Positions 1-13,330 of a stretch of DNA of 64,000 nucleotides are shown in pieces (the first letter of the stretch is position 1; each line of letters starts with the position of its first letter). This DNA is from Scyliorhinus canicula (Eukaryota): positions 84,431,721 through 84,495,720 of the forward strand of contig NC_052163.1 of the NCBI RefSeq assembly GCF_902713615.1, in the 5' to 3' direction. The notes under the pieces are model-generated. The model was not told where the DNA came from. It searched no databases and saw nothing but the letters and a program-made list of their open reading frames with translations. Made by a program: the position numbers and the translations under genes.

Positions 1-1959
1 ACTACGGTCACGATGTTGCCAGTAGTTCAAATCAGATTTAATTGGTTCAGTTGTGGGCCTGTGCTTGTTATCAGCCATAACACGCATTTGAAATCTGAAA
101 ATAAAATGATTGAAGCTTAACTCTGAATTAATGACTGATCCCCAGTTACCAGTGGAACTGTTCAACTTCAGTTGGTTTCACTGCTTCCTCCATGTGCAAA
201 TTATTTACACCTCAAATTATGGGCTTTTAAATTTGCTTTCAGATCCATTGAGAGCAAGCTATTCAATTATGATGCATAATACAAATTCTAACAGATTTAA
301 AATTAAACTTTTAATTGAAATAACCAAGCACAGGCCCAAATAGAGTAGCAGTTGCTTTAAACAATGCAGTGCTTTTAGTCATGGTTTCAATGATATTTCA
401 TGTCACTGGAGTGACCAGATTTATGTGGCTTATAATGATTTTACAATCACCCTCACTGACACCCATCAGGAGTGTGCTTCCATTTCGGAGAAATGCAGTC
501 AGCATTTCTAACTTATCAAGACCAGATGAGTCTACTATATATGGATTCACTTCACTGCAGAATATGTACTTGCGCATTTGCAGGTTTGTCCTAGAGAGCT
601 TGGTACCACTTAGACCAATTGTGCAATGCTCTCTTTCCCACAGACTAATGCATCACAATAACTCGTCCATCATTTCCTGTGGAACCTAATGCAGCATTTT
701 TTTAAAATTCCATTCTTCTTTGTGATTTCAATGTATGGATTTGTATTTTGGTTTAGCTCTATTAGTATTTGTAGGAAATTTATCTAGTTCTGCCTTGAAT
801 GTGGTATGAAGCCTCAATGGCAATGATCAATGCCATAACCACTTTGTACTGATCCGAACACCCATGCCAGGATTTGAAGAGCAATGGAAAATACCTGACT
901 TCAGTCACCTCAGATTTATGACTGTACATTAGGAGTAATTAACCTTACTCTGCAGACTAAGTATTGGCCTTTAGCTCTTTTTACTGTTGCGTAGGATAAG
1001 TCATTGAGAATTGTAGTTTTACTTCTGTCCCCCTGCGCACTGAGTGTGGAATCTTTATTAACTATATCAGTGTGCTAAAGGTTTTAGTAATTGAGGGTGA
1101 GGGGAGACACCGAAGAGAAGGTACCAGATTAATGTGGCTCCAAGACACCAGGTACAGTTCATTTCATTTTACGGGTCATTAATGCACCATAAGTATTTAG
1201 CCCCTGATCATTTTACAGCTTCTGGCAAGAGTATTCCTAAAACAGGCATCTGAATCTCTGAGCCAAATAATGACTAGAGTCCTTATTGAATTTGAGGAGA
1301 ATTTCCTTACACCATATGAGATTCTCCAAGAACAATGTGCTTATTTTACAAAGCACTACAATTTGTATTTGCCATCAGGAAAGCTGCATGGATTATTTGG
1401 TTAAATCAGTAATTTAATCTTGCAAATTGACTAATTCTAACCAATATCTTGTGTCTCCTAACATTGTGCATTACTTCCACCACTCGAGGGCTTTGTGGTA
1501 CTGACCATCAACCAACCAAAGATCACAATTGTATCTTATTCAAGCTATTTAATTGGTTGTACCTTTGCTCATCAATTTTAGGAAATTAGTCTTGTTTCTC
1601 TGGATGCCTATTTTTGCCCCTTCCATCTCTTTTGATTGCTTATCTAATTAATTAGGTATTTATTTCAAGGTGCAGAGACAAGGCCGGCTGTGTATAATGA
1701 TTACAGTTTGGCCTATTGTGGATTTTGAGAAGGTAGAAATCAGAGGGGGGATAGTACTTAAAAGGTGACAATTACCATTATTCAGGCAGATTTGTATTAT
1801 GTTAGACTTGTGTCTTAATTTTGTGTTCAGCTACGTTGGAAAACTATAGTAGTTGAGAGAGAGTTATACTGCTGTGTTTCATTCTTAATACCAATTTAAT
1901 TATGTATTTTAGCACAAAATTTAACTGAATCAGAGTGGTTGGCGTTGTTAGCCTATCTT

Positions 1960-2143
1960 TGCACCCATATACCATTTTTACCCTTTTGGGAATAGTGACG
2001 AAAGTGGTGGAAGGATTTCCGAGCTGATTATCAGACTGTTGAACTGTATTGAACACTTCTTCCTTGGCCAACAAGTACTGGCATTGGACCTGAATCCAGA
2101 GCTTCTGGTCCAGTGGTAGGGGTGCTACCACTGCGTCACAAGG
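1960..2143 (-). mobile_element. Old tRNA-derived SINE (5' head and body fragment)
   Basis: Reverse complement reads CCTTGTGACGCAGTGGTAGCACCCCTACCACTGGACCAGAAGCTCTGGATTCAGGTCC, a tRNA-like A-box/B-box head. Boundaries approximate. Confidence 0.5.
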
Positions 2144-2454
2144 TCAACATCAGAGTGGCAATTCTTTTTCAGTGATTTATTTATTTACAAAAATGCAAAT
2201 TGAAATTACATTGGTGAATTGGTACCAGGAACTAGTGGTGTGATGTCTGCTGCTATTTAATTTGCGGGAGTGTCCAATTGGTACAGAATTCTTTGCTGGT
2301 GACAATCTGCCTCAAAACAGGTAAACTTTTATTTATCTAGTGCTATATCAACACTTTATAAGCAGTGGATCTTTATACGTTCATGTTATAGATGACCATC
2401 ATAGTCAATTTGTGCAAAGCAAGTACGCACAAATTAATAAATTCTAAAATTGCC

Positions 2455-2700
2455 TATTTTTGGTGATGATGGCTGAGGGATTAATGTTGGCCAGGACAAT
2501 GGAGAGCCCTCTCCTCTTACAAGTACTGCCTGGGGATCTTTTACATCCATAGCTAGGCAGTCAGGGAGAAACATTGGTGGATATTACCCAAAAAATTACA
2601 TCTCTAATGAAGTAACACTTCATCACTGAAGCGCTGAAATCTTGCCCTACAGTCAAGTGCTTACTTAGCTCACTAACTTCTGACCCAGAGGCAAGTGTCT
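2455..2700. mobile_element. Decayed Deu-domain SINE (SacSINE1/AmnSINE-like)
   Basis: Contains TTGGCCAGGACA...GGGGATCTTTTACATCCA, resembling the conserved Deu core; recognised from memory, boundaries approximate. Confidence 0.4.
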
Positions 2701-5484
2701 TCATTTTAGTCTGTGGGAAAATAATAGCATCTCCATGAGTGAAGCTGGAATAATACAGCAAGTTATATTGGTTTAGACAGTTGGTGTCACTTGTCAACCA
2801 TTTGGACCATAAATGGAACATTGAAACCTAGACTTCTCAAAACCGGTTTCAAAGCAAGCAGAAAGCTGACCAGTGGCTAATCTAGATGTATGTTGTACTG
2901 GGTCAAAAATCAATGAGTACTTGTTGGCTTCAGTCATTATTTTGTCAGTGTCTATGCGACCAAATTAGTTGAATTTGTGGGAACAAATGTTTTAATGGCC
3001 ACTCCCAGATCTCCACTGCCCCCCCCTCCCATCACAAATAGGCAACTAAAAGAAGATTTCAAAATTTGTTCCTAATCAATAAATCAGGCTGTCATGAAAG
3101 AAGTCAGGCTGTAATAAGCTTTTTTGGGGGGCCATAAGTAAAGATAATCTGAGGTATTCATCATTTTAACTTCACTGAGTTACAACCAATCTTTAGATCA
3201 AATATAAAGTTTAAATCCCATCTTTCCATTAACCTATGTATATTTTAAGTTGCTAAGGTGCTTGGCATTCAGATTAATATTGATCTAATATTGTGGCATC
3301 GCTGCTTAAAAAGCTCTTCTTCAGGACCACATACTGGATGCCAGCCAATGAACAGAACTTAAGGCTGAGTTGGCTCTATTTGAAGGGACTTGGGGTTACA
3401 TTTGACCAATAGATTATTAGAACTGTTTCCCAAGTCGGTACTCCTGAATTATTGGATTGGAAAACAAGATAAAGCACTTAAAACCAAATAACCTAACCAA
3501 AATCTAAATTTTCCATTTAATTTGGATCCAATTCAGGGTGTTAATTGTGGCTTGTGGGCCATATCCAGAAACTGGCCCATGAAATTTAGGGAACTGGATT
3601 TTATTTGAAACTAAAACCAGAAACACTGGAAGTATAGACCCAGTCAACCCAGATGTGTGGAGGGATCAGACAGTTGACGTTTTTGGTGCATACTTTGTGA
3701 TTAGACCAGTTTGATGTTGAGGCCCTGAAAGATCATGAGGGGTGGTTCTCGCAGCTGTTGCCTCTAATGGATAAATTGCAAATTTAAATGAAACGATTGT
3801 GGCCCAGTAAATTCATATCTTGTATGGCCAGGAAGCCAAGTATAAATGTTATCAATGGAAACAGGGTGGATACAGTGTGATATTTGATGTTGCATTCCAT
3901 GGGTCACAATTTGAAGAAGTGCATTCCCCTGTAAGTTGAAATCGGAAAATACAGTCTTGTTTGTTTTGACCTTTTCATCTATGCTGCTAGGTTGCATGCG
4001 AGCCTTTGCCAATGAGCGGACTACAGGCTCTGATCTCTGTCTGAAATTTGGCTTGTTTATTCTTATCCACAACAGGAATGAATGAATCTGACACATCTGA
4101 CTCCAAATGAATAAAAGAATTAAACTTTAAAAAAACATTAGCTTTTGTTTTAAGCCACGTTCAACATTTGTTCAACTTCTTGGTATTTATATTTTCCAGT
4201 AACGGTATAATATCAAGAAGTCAGACCAGACATGGTGGACAAATCACATCTGTCTGGATGCCCTGCAACAAAAATGTGCCCAAAAGAGGAATAACACGTC
4301 TTGTGTTTTTATATTTCAATAAAATATGAAATGCATAATAGAAAAATTATTTTATTTAAAATAAAATCATTGCTCCATATTGTATGTCATCTGTATAGGA
4401 GTAATTTGTATTAGGGTATTTAGGAACCTTGCTGTACAGATTTTTATAAGAAGTTACTGTTTTTATGTCCAGTTTTCACAAAATGCACAAAATTGCTGTA
4501 CAGTCCAGTGGAAAAAAAACAGCAGGCCTGAAGTATGTAGACTGGAATAAATACTCTTTGAAATAATTTGCAGGCTCTTGTTTTAATTAGCTTCACTTAG
4601 CCAGTGTTTTCCATTTTGAGTGTCTTTATTATGCACCTGGGCCTAACTATTAGCCTAAGCACTTGAAACTCGATTTCATGGAACACTGGAATTTTACTCC
4701 AGTTGGGACATAGCTGAGATAGGATAGCTTCCTGGTAACCTGCTTTCCTTTAATGCATCATGGCATCAGTTCACAACCTGGCTGCGTTGCTTTATTACCA
4801 GGATCATACTGGAGTCTTTAAAGTGCTGCACACAGTTGCACCCTTGGGGAAACTATATTAAGCTTTAACTAAATAATTTCTGATGTAGATATTCTAACTG
4901 ATGCTTGAAAAAGTCTCTCAACACTAGCCTAGACTAATTCTTAATTGTTACAGAAAATACCCATTGAAAAGTGTGGGAAGAAAACATTGGCCATTTTGTA
5001 TTTGTATCCCAGTCTAAAATATAACGCTGTCACAAGAATGTGACATTTAAAAACATGAAAATTGAACTTTGTGTAAAGAAGACACAACTGCTTCTCGAAC
5101 TGCTTAATTCTAACTTCTGATCAGCTTGTAAGAGGATTTCTTCCAATTACTACGTTGAGTCCTTGTGCCCAAATGTTGTTTAAAATCTTTGACCTTGTCT
5201 TTAAATCTTCCTCTGGCAAAATTTCATTCCTGTATCCATGGCCTTCACATATGTCTTCTCCTCACTTACGTTTCTGCCCTCTGACTGACCTAGTTTGTGC
5301 ATTCCCTCTTCCTACTGTCCTGTATTTGGTGGCAGAGATTTCAGCTACTTTAGACATATTCTATTTATTGGAGCTTTTTGTGCAAATCTGTGTCTCTTCA
5401 CCTAATATCTCCTACAACCCATAATGTTATGTTTTTGGTCACTTAATTCTGGCACCATGGTTCAGGATGTTAATGCTGCTTTAA

Positions 5485-5758
5485 GGCAGCACTGTTGCTT
5501 CACCGCGCCAGGGTCCCAGGTTCGATTCCCGGCTTGGGTCACTGTCTGTGTGGAGTCTGCATGTTCTCCCTGTGTGCTTGGGTTTCCTCGGGGTGCTCAG
5601 GTGTCCTCCCACAAATCCCAAAAGACGCGCTGTTAGGTAATTTGGTCATTCTGATTTCTTCCTCCGTGTACCCGAACGGAATGTGGCGACGAGGCTTTTC
5701 ACAGTAATTTCATTGCAGTGTTAATGTAACTCTACTTGTGACACTAATAAAGGTTATT
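5485..5758 (+). mobile_element. HE1-type tRNA-derived SINE
   Basis: B-box GGTTCGATTCCC, V-SINE core GGGTCACTGTCTGTGTGGAGTCTGCA, 3' end CTTGTGACACTAATAAAGGTTATTA; paralogous to other copies in the window. Confidence 0.85.
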
Positions 5759-6578
5759 AGGTTATTTAAAGATGTTGAGGTTGGTGCTGCTGTCAGACAA
5801 GGTTCTACTCAATCTTCTGATACGCACTGCCAGCAGCTGGGCAGGGACCCTCCTTCAGGGTAAGTTAATAAAATGCTACCTCCTTTTCTATGAACTCATT
5901 AAGCTTCCTTTGAAAGATCAATATTTGCCAAAATCTCATTAAAATAAATAATTCCTAATATCTAACCAAACTCTGCTTAATAATTGATACTTGAATATTT
6001 TATGTGCTTTCTGTCCTATCCATTTCAAATAGCAATCCAACTGGACAGGATCCAGTCTTTGCCACTGCATTACCTGTCATTATGGTTGTAATGCTTTTGT
6101 ACTTTTTTAAAGTTCAAATTACATTTTATATTACCAAATCCAGTTCTGATTACTCCGGTTCCTGCTGGGTTAAGAAATTTGCATTTAGTTGTTTGATCGC
6201 CAAATGCCTATTTGCAGGTGTAAGTCTCCTGAATTGAAACTGAAATGTAGCTTTTTTTTTTAAATTCTGCAATGTTTGACACACCGGAGGCACTTGGAGA
6301 ATAGAACAATTCTGTCTATGTGAGCTGGACAATGAATGGCACCAGGATATTCTATTCTTGAAATCGCAACTGAACATAAAGTGCTCACTTGATATTCCTA
6401 CTACGCAGAATCTGCCAGCAAAGGGTCGTCAGGAGCAAGAATCTGGTTCATTTCTTCCTGTTCTCAAATCCACTGAGATTAATCGTTGCACCCATGATAG
6501 TTGTCACGTAATCAGAAATATTTAAAGTACCATTTCATTATCGGTAGGAAGAATATTGTATTACAAACAAATTAACTT

Positions 6579-6770
6579 AGGTTAAAGTCCAACAGGTTTG
6601 ATTTGAATCATTAGCTTTCGGAGCGCAGCTCCTTCCTCGGGTGAATTCACCTGAGGAAGGAGCTGCGCTCCGAAAGCTAATGATTCAAAATACACCTGTT
6701 GGACTTTAACCTGGTGTTGTAAGACTTCTTACTGTGCCCACCCCAGTCCAATGCCAGCATCTCCACATCA
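6579..6770. mobile_element. Palindromic non-autonomous Penelope-type element with hammerhead-like core
   Basis: 67-bp inverted arms 6579-6645/6646-6712 centred on GAATTC. The plus arm contains CTGAGGA-A-GGAGC(TGC)GCTCC-GAAAGCTA. A unique tail follows to CTCCACATCA. Confidence 0.7.
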
Positions 6771-7428
6771 AACAAATGAAAGGCCTTGGGCATTACCGTT
6801 ATGGACATTACAACAGCCTCAAATCCATCCCCAAATTCTTTAAATTTGGTTAACAATAAAGGTACCTTGGCAATCCAGATGCATTTTCTGGATGATTTAT
6901 CCATTGCTCCAGGAGTCCATGAACCACCTTGCACCATAAAGTATTTGGTATTTAGATCAAAATTCTTACACAAGTTTTGCCCCTCTTACCCCTGAGCATA
7001 TTTACTCATGCTGATTACCATACATGGGTGTTATCAAGCATGACCACTTGCAGGGGAGTCTGCTGGATCACGGAAGGTCGTTGGATGTGGGGTGGCTCCC
7101 GTTAATTGTATAGAAATAGAGCTTAAGTGGTGATTTTTGACTTCTCGCCACGCTGAGGCGGGATCCTAATTTAACCTTCGGGAGCTATTCTTGTCGACTG
7201 AAAGGAGGGGAATGAGTCATCATAACTAAACCCAAACCATGTCTTCATCTAATTTTTAAAAAGTCTTCATTTAATGCCCACCTTTCAGTTAATGAGTGCT
7301 GAGCTTTTCTCCCTTGCCAATCGTTGCAAAAGCTCTTTGGAGCTCTCCTACTGTTATTGTACTACGATCAACTAACTCCCAACGAGAATCAAGATCAAAC
7401 CTGGTAAGTTCCTAATCCAAGTGTTTTC

Positions 7429-7723
7429 ATAATATTTGTTATTGTCACAAGTAGGCTTACATTAACACTGCAATAAAGTTACTGTGAAAAGCCCCGAGGC
7501 GCCGCACTCCGCACCTGTTCGGGTACACTGAGGGAGAATTCCGGATGTCCAATTCAACTAACAGGCACGTCTTTCGGGACTTGTGGGAGGAAACCGGAGC
7601 ACCCGGAGGAAACCCACACAGACATGGGGAGAATGTACAGACTCCGCACAGACTGACCCATGACGGGATCAAACCTGTGTCACTGGTGCTGTGAGCAACA
7701 GTGCTAACCACTGCTACCGTGAC
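7429..7723 (-). mobile_element. HE1-type SINE
   Basis: Reverse complement of the same SINE family (TTATTGTCACAAGTAGGCTTAC...GTGCTAACCACTGCTACCGTG on the plus strand). Confidence 0.85.
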
Positions 7724-7767
7724 CAATGCTCATCCAGCTCCCATGAACATAGATTTTCAATAAGAAT

Positions 7768-7965
7768 TCTTACAACACCAGGTTAAAGTCCAACAGGTTT
7801 GTTTCAAATCACAAGCTTTCGGCGCACTGCTCCTTCCTCCGGATTCACTTGAAGGAGCAGTGCTCCGAAAGCTAGTGATTTGAAACAAACCTGTTGGACT
7901 TTAAACTGGTGTTGTAAGACTAATTACTGTGCTCACCCCAGTCTAACGCCGGCATCGCCACATCA
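7768..7965. mobile_element. Second copy of the palindromic Penelope-type element
   Basis: Inverted arms ~7768-7837/7850-7919 (TCTTACAACACCAGGTTAAAGTCCAACAGG...CCTGTTGGACTTTAAACTGGTGTTGTAAGA) and the same 3' tail as 6579-6770. Confidence 0.7.
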
Positions 7966-8849
7966 TGGCATACATTTTTCAAGTGAAGATGGATTGGTCT
8001 TAACTGTAGCCTCCAACTTTATTTGAATAGTGTGATAACACTGACAGTCATTCGACATTAAAAAGTGGCTACTGCCTGTGAACCCTTGAAAACAACGCAT
8101 GCAGGAAATGACCTGCTTTCATTCACATTGCCATTGTATGTCATCATTTTTAAAATGAGTTTCCCGGTCTACCACTGTCTAGGGAAGGTCTAGTGCTGAC
8201 ATTCCATAGGTGATATATGACCTCTGAACTGTCACTTTTTTACATGGGTTGTGCAAACGGTGAGAAGAGTATTAGAGTTGAGAGCCTCTTGATATTGCAA
8301 ATGAGCACATTAAGATCATCAGAGGAAAGATCTACACACACTACACTCCAGGCTGTACCTAGTCATTGATTTAAAACATTGACAGCAAGTAGGAGGAGGG
8401 AGATGCAAGAGATCTGTAAGTACAGATAACGGTCTTTAAAATGGGGATTATTTTGAAATTCAAATCCCCTTGAAGAAGAATTATCGGCATCAATGGTACT
8501 TCAAAAATTAAGCTAGTGTAAATGGTCTGATTATTTTTCAGATTTAATTTGTTTATAATATTGATTTCTTTTCAATATTGTGTTCATAGTAAATGTTGGT
8601 GGCATTATCAGAGGATCTGGTGTAAAGAATTAACAATCTGACGCTGTGAACCACACTAACAACTAATTTGGCAAATGCCCACATGGCTTGATTGAAGACT
8701 TTGTGACAGGTAAGAACATGTTTTAATACTTTGTAGGTGTGTTCATCTCCTTAGCGAACTAGATGAATTTGCATTTATTCAAATTCCTTCTTGCTAGTAC
8801 AAGCATCATGTGTATGTCAGATCTCAAAAGTAAGAGTCCTAACCTTTAG

Positions 8850-11800
8850 TTCAAAAGGGAAAGCACCAGCCAGTGTACTACCAGAAAGGTTTTAGATTTA
8901 TGGATCTCCGACAGTAACCCCCGAGAGGGGGGCCACCGCACGAGTAGGAAAGCAGCGCGCCCCCAACAGGGGGGACGGTGCCAGGCGGGGGGGGGGGGGG
9001 GGGCACTCAACAGAGGCGAGAGAGCAAACAGGAATAGGAACAGGGGAAAGAAGGACAAAACAGGGGTATGCAGGAGAGGGGGGGGGGGGGAAGGGGGGGA
9101 CCGGGGCAGGGGGGTGAAAGGGAGGGACTGGGGAAGGGGGGGACCGGGGCGGGGGGGGGGGGAGGGAAGAAGGGATGAACAAGGCTAGAAAGAGAACAAC
9201 AATAGGGCTACAAAGTGCCACAACCAAGGGCTCGGAACAAGGAATCGTTGCAAGCAACCACCCAGGAAGGTCTCTGAGCGAAGGGAGGCTCCAGAGTGCA
9301 GGGAACTACCCAAGAGGCAGACACACAGTGGGCGGCCATGTCAGGTGCCCCCTTGACAAAGGGAAACCCTGGAGCACAGGGACCCGACTGGAGAGAGCAG
9401 TGACAGTGGCCATCCTGGATGGCCCCCAGAAGGCAGGGGCGCGTCCACCAGGTAAGTATGGTTAATCCCACAGGAGAAGGGAACAGAAGCCCCCCACCAG
9501 GATAGTCACCTGCACCGTAAGGGGACTCAACAGCCCAGTGAAAAGATCCAGAGTCCTCACGCACCTAAGAAATATGAAAGCCGACATAGTCTTCTTCCAA
9601 GAGACACACCTGAGAGAGCAGGACCGACTGCTGGTAAGAAAGGATTGGGTGGGGCAAACATACCATTCCTGCTCTGGGACGAGGGCCAGTGGGGTGGCAA
9701 TATTGATTAGCAGGAAGGCGATGTTTAGGGTGACGAAGATGGTTACGGACCAAGGGGGACGGTACGGCACGGTCAGCGGGGTGCTGGATGGGGCACCGGT
9801 AGCACTAGTTAACGTGTACGTGCCCAACTGGGACGACACGTGCTTCATCAAAAAGACCACGGCAGAAATTCCTGACATAGCGACGCACCGACTAATCATT
9901 GGGGGAGGGGGACTTCAACTGTGTACATGATCCAACAACTAACCAATCAAGCTCCAAAACGGGGAGGACCTCAAGCATAGCAAGGGAACTCGGTCACTTT
10001 ACGGAGCAGATGGGAGCGGTGGACCCCTGGAGGTTCACCCACCCAGGAGAGAAGGAGTTCTCCCCAGTACACAACGTATACACCAGAATTGACTTCTTTG
10101 TGGTGGGGAAAACTGCTTCCGGGGATAGACAAAGTGGAATGCTCCGCAATTATGCGGAAGATGTTCACAGACTCGCTGGCTAGGGGCACACTGCCCCCAC
10201 GCTGGCACAGGCCTCAATCTCGCTGAGACCGAAGAAAGATAAAGACCCGACGGAATGTGGGTCAGACAGAACGCAGATGCCAAAATACTGGCAAAAGTCC
10301 TAGCCAAAAGGCTAGAAGACTGCGTACCAGAGGTGGTCGCAGAGGACCAGACGGGCTTTGTCAAAGGTAACCTTGAACATCAGGCACCTGCTGTACGTGA
10401 TAATGACCGCATCTGGGGAGCGAATACCAGAGGTGATCGTCTCCCGAGACGCAGCAAAGGACTTCAACAGGGTCGAATGGAAATACCTCCTCGAGGTACT
10501 GGAGTGGTTCAGGCTTGGAACAGGGTTCACCTCCTGGGTAAAACCCCTATACAACGCTCCCACGGCAAGCGGACGGACCAACAACACCAATTCCCAATAC
10601 TTCCAGCTGAACAGGGGCACCAGACAAGGATGCCCACTGTTTCCGCTGCTGTTCGCCCTAGCGATTGAGCCATTAGCAATTTATCTCAGAGCAGCAAAAA
10701 GCTGGAGCGGGATCCGAAGGGGCGGCAGAGGGCACAGAGTCTCACTCTGCAGGTGACCTGCTCCTCTACATTTCGGAACCACAAAGCAGCATGGACGGAA
10801 TCGTCGTGCCCCTGAAAGAGTTTGGTGCCTGCTTAGGCGACAAACTCAACATGAGCAAAAGCGAGATCTTCCCGGTACACCCACAAGTAGGGGGAACAGC
10901 ACTAATGATACTGCCGTTTAAACAAGCCCGACACAAATTCCGCTACCTGGGGATCCAAATAGCCCATGGCTGGAAAGGGATCCACTAATGGAACCTCACT
11001 AGTCTGACTGAAGAAGTAAACGAGGACCTGCAAAGATGGAACACACTCCCTCTCTCCCTTGCGGGGAGAGTCCAGAGGATCAAAATGAACATACTGCCCA
11101 GATACCTCTTCCTACTTAGATCTATCTCGACCTATATCCCCAAGGCCTTTTTCAAAGCACTAGACAAACTAATGGCGTTCGTATGGGGGGGATGCTAGGA
11201 TCCCAAAGAAGGTCCTGCAAAAAACAAAATCCAGGGGAGCCTAGCCCTTCCAAACCTACAATTCTACCACTGGGTGGCGATGGGCGAGCGAATAAGGGGA
11301 TGGATCAAGGAGCCAGAAGCCGAGTGGGTGCGCGCGGAAAAGGCCTCCTGCAATGGGACCTCCTTCCGGGCCCTCGCCACGGCGGCACTCCCATCCCCAC
11401 CCAAAAAACACTCCAGCAGCCCTGTGGTGATAGCCACCCTCCAGTCCTGGCACCAACTACGGCAGCAATTTGGCCTGACCAAAATGCCGGATAAAGCTCC
11501 CATCTTCGGCAACCATAGGTTCACACCAGCGCTGTCTGATGTCACCTTTAAAAAGTGGGGACAGGTCGGAGGGACACTGACAGGGACCTACATACGGACG
11601 GCAGGATCGCAACACTGGACGAACTGACAGAGAAATTACAGCTCGCCAGGGGGAACGAGCTAAGGTACCTGCAACTCAAAAACTTCCCACGAAAGGAGAC
11701 AAGGACGTACCCACAACCACCACGACAGACATTACTGGAAGAGTTACTGAACGCAGGCATCCTAGATAAAGGAAACTAGCGGCGTGTATGACCGACTGGT

Positions 11801-13042
11801 AGAAAGGGCCGACACCGTACTAGACACAACAAGAAAGAAATGGGAGGAAGACCTGGGGGTTGAAATTGGGTGGGGACTTTGCGCAAGGCCTGACGCCACT
11901 AAAAGTGGTACATAGAGCCCACTTAACAAGAACTCATATGATTAGGTTCTTCCCGGAGGTGGAGGATAGATGTGAACGGTGCCAAGGAAGCCTGGCCAAC
12001 CACGCCCACTTGTTCTGGTCTTGCCCCAGACTTGCGGGGTACTGGACAGCCTTCTTCAAGGCATTGTCCAGTGTGGTGGGGATGAGGGTGGAGCCATGCC
12101 CGAAAGTGGTGGTCTTTGGGGTATCAGACCAGCCAGATCTATTCCTGGGGAGGCAGATGGACACCTTTGCCTTTGCCTCCCTGATCGCCCACAGTAGAAT
12201 CCTGTACGGCTGGCGGTCAGCTGCACCACCCAAAGCTGCAGACTGGCTGTCTGACCTCTCGGAATCTCTCCAAATGGAGAAAATCAAATTCGCCATCTGA
12301 GGGTCAGACGAGGGCTTCCACAGAACATGGGCGTCATTCACCCAATTGTTCCGGGACCTGTTTCTGACCAACGAACAAGCAGAATAGCCAGGAAACCAAG
12401 AATCGGGGGAAGGTAGTTAGCACAAGAGAGGGAGGGATAGACCGGGGGGGAGGGGACAGCTAAACCTAAGAGAAAAGAAAAGTGAACCGGGGGGGGGGGG
12501 GAGGGGGGCAAGATGGAGGAGACCGGGAACAATAGAGGGGAACCAGAGAGGTGGGGGGGAGGCAAGAGAATGATAGCCGGAAGGAGGGCATGGGAAACAA
12601 TAACAAACTTGGCATCTACAGGAACAGAGAACATGAAAAATACGGGGGAAAGACAGGACGAACGGCTGAAGCGGAGGTGAACGCCAGACGACAACGGCAG
12701 CGGAATCCGTCTGGGAGAAGCAAGAGACAACACCAACACCAGATCCATTCGCGTATTGCCCTCTAATTGTTTCACCGGCACCCAAATGTATATGTACCTC
12801 CCCAGTTCTCTTCTCCCCCCCCCCCCCACAAACAGATGCCTACTTGTGTGTTAAAAATAATATTGCCAATTGTACAGAGATGCTACTGTTGAGCTAGCGC
12901 GCAATACTCTACCAGTTATTTTATGTTTATTTTTTTTTACTTGTTTGTGTGGGCTCTTCTCGTCTATATGTAATATATATATTTTATTCTGTGCACATAA
13001 CGGTTCAAAAACCCAATAAAAAACATTTATTAAAAAAAAAAA
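8850..13042 (+). mobile_element. 5'-truncated, decayed L1/Tx1-clade LINE (APE endonuclease + RT remnants, poly-A tail)
   Basis: ORF 9538-9930 (KADIVFFQETHL...SGVAILI) is APE-like. 10255-10990 has DQTGFVKG, DAAKDFNRVEW and RGTRQGCPLFPLLF (RT). 11860-12300 has the CERC/HLFWSC zinc knuckle. Ends AATAAAAAACATTTATT(A)n. Many frameshifts and an internal deletion. Confidence 0.9.
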
Positions 13043-13070
13043 TTGTGGATCTCGGCCAGAGAAGTAATGA

Positions 13071-13330
13071 TGGTAATAATAACTTTTATTAGTGTCACAA
13101 GTAGGCTTGCATTAAAACTGCAATGAAATTACTGTGAAAATCCCCTAGTCGCTATACTACAGCGCCTGTTCGGGTACACCATGGGAGAATTCGGAATGTT
13201 TCTTCACCTAACAAGCACTCCTTTCGGGACTTTGTGAGAGGAAACCGGACCCGGAGGAAGCCCACTTGGACACGGGGAGAACGTGCAGACTCCACACAGA
13301 CAGTGACCCAAGCTGCGAATCGAACCCGAC
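13071..13330 (-). mobile_element. HE1-type SINE
   Basis: Same family as 7429-7723, with an AATAAT tail at the left. Confidence 0.8.

Noticed and set aside
3764-4096. 110-aa minus-strand ORF with an acceptor-like TTTCAACTTACAG inside unique DNA
   Set aside because: No recognisable domain, no matching donor and no neighbouring exons; length is compatible with chance.
5485-5560. tRNA gene candidates at the SINE heads
   Set aside because: Each A/B-box head continues into the shared SINE core and LINE-derived tail; no full cloverleaf was found.
7290-8720. Several AG...GTAAG exon-like intervals (7291-7404, ~8320-8415, ~8610-8710)
   Set aside because: All frames I translated contain stops and none resembles a known protein; non-coding exons cannot be supported without transcript data.
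8985-9165. Long G-runs and G-quadruplex-like tracts (also 12440-12560, 22790-22985, 27980-28005, 61140-61205)
   Set aside because: Low-complexity tracts within L1 UTRs and a Harbinger intron; the Pro/Gly-rich ORFs they generate are artefacts.
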